In this document: piece by piece, positions 27,524 to 32,000 of the stretch
How positions within the stretch are numbered: the first letter of the stretch is position 1
Layout of the letters: the number at the start of each line of letters is the position of its first letter
Assembly: GCF_000039765.1 (NCBI RefSeq)
Contig: NC_004459.3
Location: 1,080,001-1,112,000 of the forward strand
DNA length: 32,000 bases
Direction of reading: 5' to 3'
Source of the DNA: Vibrio vulnificus CMCP6
GTDB lineage: Bacteria > Pseudomonadota > Gammaproteobacteria > Enterobacterales > Vibrionaceae
The notes under the pieces: model-generated
What the model was told of the DNA's origin: nothing
Databases searched by the model: none
Seen by the model: the letters and a program-made list of their open reading frames with translations, nothing else
Made by a program: the position numbers and the translations under genes

Positions 27524-29566
27524 ATGTCTAATCCACTCCTTACTTTTACGGATCTGCCTCCGTTTTCTCAAATCAAGCCAGAGCATGTGTTTCCTGCGGT
27601 GGAACAGGCGATTGCCGATTGTCGTGCCAAGATTGAACAGGTGCTTGAAGGCAATAATACCCCTAGCTGGGAAACGGTGATTGCGCCGATCGAAGAAGTG
27701 GATGATCGTCTCAGCCGTATTTGGTCACCCGTGAGCCACATGAACTCTGTTGTCAACAGCGACGAGCTGCGCGACGCGTATGAAAGCTGCCTGCCAATGT
27801 TGTCGGAATACGGCACTTGGGTCGGCCAGCACAAAGGTCTGTTTGAAGCGTACAAAGCGATTAAAGCCAGCGAAGCGTTTGCCAAGTTGACCACAGCACA
27901 ACAGAAAACCATTACCGATGCATTGCGTGATTTTGAGCTATCAGGCATCGGTCTGCCTGCGGATGAGCAAAAGCGCTATGGCGAAATCAGCAAGCGTATG
28001 TCAGAGCTGAGCTCTAAGTTTTCCAACAACACGCTAGACGCCACCATGGGCTGGACCAAGCACATCACCGATGAGAAAGAGTTGGCAGGCATGCCGGAAT
28101 CGGCGTTGGCGGCCGCGAAAGCCGCCGCTGAAGCCAAAGAGCTCGACGGTTATTTGATCACGCTGGACGTGCCGTCTTACCTGCCAGTGATGACTTACTG
28201 TGACAACCAAGCTCTGCGCCGTGAAGTGTACGAAGCGTACGTGACTCGCGCGTCGGATCGCGGTCCAAATGCCGGTAAGTGGGACAACACCGAGATCATC
28301 AACGAGCAGTTGAAACTGCGTCATGAAATTGCTCGCATGCTTGGCTTTAACACCTACAGCGAAAAGTCTCTGGCGACCAAAATGGCGGAAAACCCAGCGC
28401 AAGTGTTGGGCTTCCTCAATGACTTAGCCACCAAAGCCAAACCACAAGGTGAGCGTGAAGTGGCAGAGTTGCGTCAGTTTGCTGAGCAAGAGTTTGGCGT
28501 GTCTGAACTCAATGTGTGGGATATCGCTTACTACAGCGAAAAACAAAAGCAGCACCTGTTCCAAATTTCGGATGAAGAACTGCGTCCGTACTTCCCTGAG
28601 TCGAAAGCCGTCAGCGGTTTGTTTGAAGTGCTCAAACGTGTGTTTGGCATGAGCGTGAAAGAGCGCGAAGGCATTGACGTTTGGCACAACTCAGTGCGTT
28701 TCTTCGATATTTTCGATGCGCAGGGCGCGCTGCGTGGCAGCTTCTACCTCGATCTCTATGCGCGTGAACACAAACGTGGCGGCGCTTGGATGGATGAATG
28801 CCGCGTGCGCCGTATTAACGCACAAGGCGAGCTGCAAACCCCAGTGGCGTACCTGACGTGTAACTTCAACCGCCCAATCGGCGACAAACCAGCGCTGTTT
28901 ACGCACGATGAAGTGGTCACCTTGTTCCACGAATTTGGCCACGGTATTCACCATATGCTGACTCAAGTCACCACGGGTGCGGTGTCTGGTATTAATGGTG
29001 TGCCTTGGGATGCGGTGGAGCTGCCAAGTCAGTTCCTAGAAAACTGGTGTTGGGAAGAGGAAGCGTTGGCGTTTATCTCTGGCCACTATGAAACGGGTGA
29101 GCCGCTGCCAAAAGCGATGCTAGAGAAGATGTTGGCGGCGAAGAACTTCCAATCGGCGATGGGCATTTTGCGTCAGCTTGAGTTCGGTCTGTTTGACTTC
29201 ACCCTGCACACTGAGTTTGACCCTGAAATTGGCCCACGCGTGCTCGAAACGTTGGCTGAAGTGAAGCAGAAAGTCGCGGTACTGCCAGCGGTCGAATGGG
29301 CGCGTTTCTCCCACAGCTTTGGCCACATTTTTGCGGGCGGTTACTGTGCGGGTTACTACAGCTACCTATGGGCAGAAGTGCTCTCTTCTGACGCATTCTC
29401 GCGTTTTGAGGAAGAAGGTATTTTTAATGCTGAGACAGGTCAGAGCTTCCTCAACCATATTCTTGAGATGGGTGGCAGCGAAGAGCCAATGGAGCTGTTC
29501 AAACGCTTCCGTGGCCGTGAACCACAAATCGATGCTTTGCTACGCCATTCCGGTATTGCGGCTTAA
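27524..29566 (+). CDS. prlC: Oligopeptidase A (M3 family)
   Basis: 680 aa; zinc motif HEFGHGIHHMLT, MSNPLLTFTDLPPFSQIKPEHV N-terminus. ATG 27524 with AAAGGAA RBS preferred over 27458. Confidence 0.96.
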   Translation: MSNPLLTFTDLPPFSQIKPEHVFPAVEQAIADCRAKIEQVLEGNNTPSWETVIAPIEEVDDRLSRIWSPVSHMNSVVNSDELRDAYESCLPMLSEYGTWVGQHKGLFEAYKAIKASEAFAKLTTAQQKTITDALRDFELSGIGLPADEQKRYGEISKRMSELSSKFSNNTLDATMGWTKHITDEKELAGMPESALAAAKAAAEAKELDGYLITLDVPSYLPVMTYCDNQALRREVYEAYVTRASDRGPNAGKWDNTEIINEQLKLRHEIARMLGFNTYSEKSLATKMAENPAQVLGFLNDLATKAKPQGEREVAELRQFAEQEFGVSELNVWDIAYYSEKQKQHLFQISDEELRPYFPESKAVSGLFEVLKRVFGMSVKEREGIDVWHNSVRFFDIFDAQGALRGSFYLDLYAREHKRGGAWMDECRVRRINAQGELQTPVAYLTCNFNRPIGDKPALFTHDEVVTLFHEFGHGIHHMLTQVTTGAVSGINGVPWDAVELPSQFLENWCWEEEALAFISGHYETGEPLPKAMLEKMLAAKNFQSAMGILRQLEFGLFDFTLHTEFDPEIGPRVLETLAEVKQKVAVLPAVEWARFSHSFGHIFAGGYCAGYYSYLWAEVLSSDAFSRFEEEGIFNAETGQSFLNHILEMGGSEEPMELFKRFRGREPQIDALLRHSGIAA

Positions 29567-29590
29567 CTCGATGAAGCAAACTAAGCATCA

Positions 29591-29622
29591 CAAGGTCAGC
29601 CTAACGGCTGGCCTTGTTTTTT
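29591..29622 (+). terminator. Rho-independent terminator of prlC
   Basis: CAAGGTCAGCC-TAAC-GGCTGGCCTTG stem (11 bp, one G.U) followed by TTTTTT. Confidence 0.88.
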
Positions 29623-29646
29623 GCGGTACGCTAAGTTTGTTGCGAG

Positions 29647-30111
29647 CTAAGGGTTGACGTTGCGATTGATCGGGTTTTGCAGCGAAATCAGCGTTTCGGT
29701 CGATTGCACTTCGTCGATCGCTTGCAGTTTGTCGATCAGCACAAATTGCAGTTCTTCAATCGACTTACACATCAACTTGACGAAGATGTTGTACGCGCCC
29801 GTGGTGTAATACGCTTCCACCACTTCATCCAATGCGTTGAGTTTTTCCAGCGCGGAATGATAGTCGCGCGCCGCATTGAGGTTGATGCCGATAAAACAGC
29901 ACACGTCGTAGCCGAGTTTTTTGGTGTTGACCACTACTTCGGTACCTTCAATGATCTCCGCCGCTTTCATCTTTTCGATGCGCACGTGAATGGTGGCAGG
30001 ACTGACGTTGAACTGTTTAGCCATCTCTGCATAAGGCGTTTTCGCGTCCGCCATCAGCGTTTTCAATATAGCGCGATCCAAATCATCAATCTTGGCATTG
30101 GCTGAATGCAT
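29647..30111 (-). CDS. asnC: Lrp/AsnC-family regulator AsnC
   Basis: IDDLDRAILKTLMADAKTPYAEMAKQFNVSPATIHVRIEKMK and LGYDVCCFIGINL...EAYYTTGAYNIFVKLMC...STETLISLQNPI closely match remembered E. coli AsnC. Confidence 0.92.
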   Translation of the reverse strand: MHSANAKIDDLDRAILKTLMADAKTPYAEMAKQFNVSPATIHVRIEKMKAAEIIEGTEVVVNTKKLGYDVCCFIGINLNAARDYHSALEKLNALDEVVEAYYTTGAYNIFVKLMCKSIEELQFVLIDKLQAIDEVQSTETLISLQNPINRNVNP

Positions 30112-30219
30112 TGTCTGTCCCTTTTCTAATCAGCATATGGGTATAATACTAACAAGGGCAGCTTATCTTTCACAATCAAGGTTTTTTGCTCATAGGCGGA
30201 ATGAGAGGAAGGTGAGCCA

Positions 30220-32000
30220 GTGCGATTTTGTTTTTCCATGTTGATAATGCTATGCAGCTTTTGGGCAAGTGCCCATGAGAAAAATATTTTAGTGGTGCAC
30301 TCTTACCACCAAGGTTTCTTTTGGACTGACTCCTTCCAGCTTGGCCTCGCACAAACACTCGGTGAGCGCGACATCGCTCTGCGTGTGCTTTATCTCGATA
30401 CCAAACGCAACCAAAGCGCCAGCTTTCTCAATCAGCTTTACTTTCTCTACAAAACCAAAGTGGAACAAGAACGCTTTGATGCGATTGTGGTGAGCGATAA
30501 TGTCGCACTGCAGTTGATGCAGCGTTTGGCGGAGCCACTGGCGGGCACGCCGGTGATTTTTGGTGGCATTAATAATTACACGCCAGAAATGCACGCGGGT
30601 TTGAATGCCACTGGCGTGATTGAAGATATTGATTTGCTGTCGAACGTGTCGCTGATTGAGCGTTTGCAGCCCCAAGCACAGCAAATTTTTGTGGTAACGG
30701 ACCATTCGATCACGGGCGTCGCGCTGCGCGCGCAGGTGGACAAGTTTTTGTCCCGCTATCCTGAGTATCAGCAAAAAGTACAACATTTAGTGCCGAATAC
30801 GCTGGCCGAGTTGATTGAGCGTGTGCAAACGCTCGATTTAGACAGCGCGGTGCTGTTTTGGGCTTATTACCGCGATGCCGATGGTACGTTGAGTGATGAT
30901 GACGATTGGCAGGAACTCAACCGCGTCAGCAGAGCACCGATCTACATGGTGCACGATCTCGGTCTTGGTCATGGCGCGGTCGGCGGTGTGATTCAAAGTG
31001 GTTACAAGCAAGGTTTTGCAACGGGTGAAGTGTTGAACCAAGTGCTGGGCTCACCCGCCTCACCTTTACCGAAAGTGAAGGTGGTGGAGCCTGACATCAA
31101 ACTGGATTATCAAGCCGTGGCGCGCTGGAAGTTAGGGGTGGAAGGCGAGCCAGCCTCGGTGTTGGTCAATAAACCCGAGCCATTTTCAGTGCGTTACGCG
31201 CAAGAGATCCGCCTCTACAGCGCGGTATTTGTGATGTTGGTGCTGGTGATTGTGCTGTTAGTCTATTACTTGCGCCGTATTCAACAGAGCGAAACGTTAG
31301 CGCGTGAAAGTCAATCGATGCTCGAGTCAATTTTCGACCAGAGTTTGCAATACATCGGTATTTTAGACCGAAACGGCTGCTTGGTTTCCAGCAATGCACA
31401 ATTGCAAGATCTGCTGTTTTTCCAAGGGGTGCCGCTAGATCGCCCTTTATGGCAACACCAACATTGGGAAGACGCATCTGCCTCTCGTTTGGCTGACTAT
31501 TTTTCTGCGACGGAAGCGCAACTGAGCACCTTTGAAGCGGAGATTTGGAGTCGCAATCTCGGCGCGATGATGCTTGAAGTGTCTCTCAAACCGCTGCATA
31601 GCGTGGGAGATCAGCGAGGACAATACTTGTTTGAAGCACGAGACATCACCTCACGAAAGTTGATGGAAGAGAAGCTCTACAAACGTGAGTCCAACTTACG
31701 CAATTACTATGAGCAGCAGCCGGTGATGATGGTGACGCTGGATAAAAACAATCGTATTCAGCAGGTAAACCGTTTTGCTCAGCAGCTACTGGGCTATCAA
31801 CCCTTAGAAATGCTCGGCCATCTGCTGCAAGAATTCTATTGTGATGCTCAAGCCATGACGCCAAGGCAAATGCTGCTGCAACCGACACCAGCACTGCAAG
31901 GGGTTTGGCGTCGAGAGATTGAGTATCGTCACCAAGACGGCAGCGCGGTGTGGATACGCGAAAACATTCGTCCATTGACCGAGTCCGGGCAAATTTTGAT
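30220..32000 (+). CDS. Signalling protein with ABC-substrate-binding-like periplasmic sensor, TM and PAS domains (3' end truncated by the window)
   Basis: Continuous open frame to the window edge. From my own translation: GTG start, signal MLIMLCSFWASAHE, ILVVHSYHQGFFWTDSFQLGL...DNVALQL...VIFGGINN, TM LYSAVFVMLVLVIVLLVYYL, PAS-like ESIFDQSLQYIGILDRNGCLVSSNAQ and YYEQQPVMMVTLDKNNRIQQVNRFAQQLLGY. Not in the supplied ORF track. Confidence 0.85.
   Translation, partial: MRFCFSMLIMLCSFWASAHEKNILVVHSYHQGFFWTDSFQLGLAQTLGERDIALRVLYLDTKRNQSASFLNQLYFLYKTKVEQERFDAIVVSDNVALQLMQRLAEPLAGTPVIFGGINNYTPEMHAGLNATGVIEDIDLLSNVSLIERLQPQAQQIFVVTDHSITGVALRAQVDKFLSRYPEYQQKVQHLVPNTLAELIERVQTLDLDSAVLFWAYYRDADGTLSDDDDWQELNRVSRAPIYMVHDLGLGHGAVGGVIQSGYKQGFATGEVLNQVLGSPASPLPKVKVVEPDIKLDYQAVARWKLGVEGEPASVLVNKPEPFSVRYAQEIRLYSAVFVMLVLVIVLLVYYLRRIQQSETLARESQSMLESIFDQSLQYIGILDRNGCLVSSNAQLQDLLFFQGVPLDRPLWQHQHWEDASASRLADYFSATEAQLSTFEAEIWSRNLGAMMLEVSLKPLHSVGDQRGQYLFEARDITSRKLMEEKLYKRESNLRNYYEQQPVMMVTLDKNNRIQQVNRFAQQLLGYQPLEMLGHLLQEFYCDAQAMTPRQMLLQPTPALQGVWRREIEYRHQDGSAVWIRENIRPLTESGQIL

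Noticed and set aside
30289-31477. Minus-strand ORFs 30289-30786, 30838-31041 and 31166-31477
   Set aside because: Antisense to the continuous plus-strand sensor gene, which has signal peptide, TM and PAS-like motifs.
1-32000. CRISPR arrays, tRNA/rRNA genes, IS elements or integrases
   Set aside because: No regularly spaced repeats, cloverleaf-like sequences or transposase/integrase-like proteins were seen on reading through the window and the ORF translations.

Overview
The 32 kb window is ordinary-looking Vibrio chromosomal DNA (genus assigned from remembered protein families, not from a search). From left to right it holds: (1) an oligopeptide-type ABC transporter operon with a fused double ATPase, a substrate-binding protein and two permeases; (2) a SPOR-domain secreted protein; (3) a large lipoprotein with cadherin/dystroglycan-like repeats; (4) a predicted outer-membrane beta-barrel; (5) a minus-strand operon of Hanks-type Ser/Thr kinase, exported protein, ECF-like sigma factor and membrane-anchored protein, which closely resembles the PknT/EcfP sigma-factor-phosphorylation system; (6) a divergent pair of a membrane coiled-coil protein and a response regulator with an unassigned output domain; (7) the gluconate/Entner-Doudoroff cluster gntR, edd, gntK, gntP and eda, with clear GntR-type operators; (8) an AT-rich two-gene cassette of an M23-like peptidase without a signal peptide plus an exported partner, a candidate effector/immunity pair; (9) gor, rlmJ, prlC and asnC; (10) the 5' part of an ABC-substrate-binding-like/PAS sensor protein that runs off the right edge and is absent from the supplied ORF track. 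I saw no CRISPR array, tRNA, rRNA, transposase or integrase. The most interesting items are the kinase/sigma operon, including its two uncharacterised exported members, and the M23/partner cassette.
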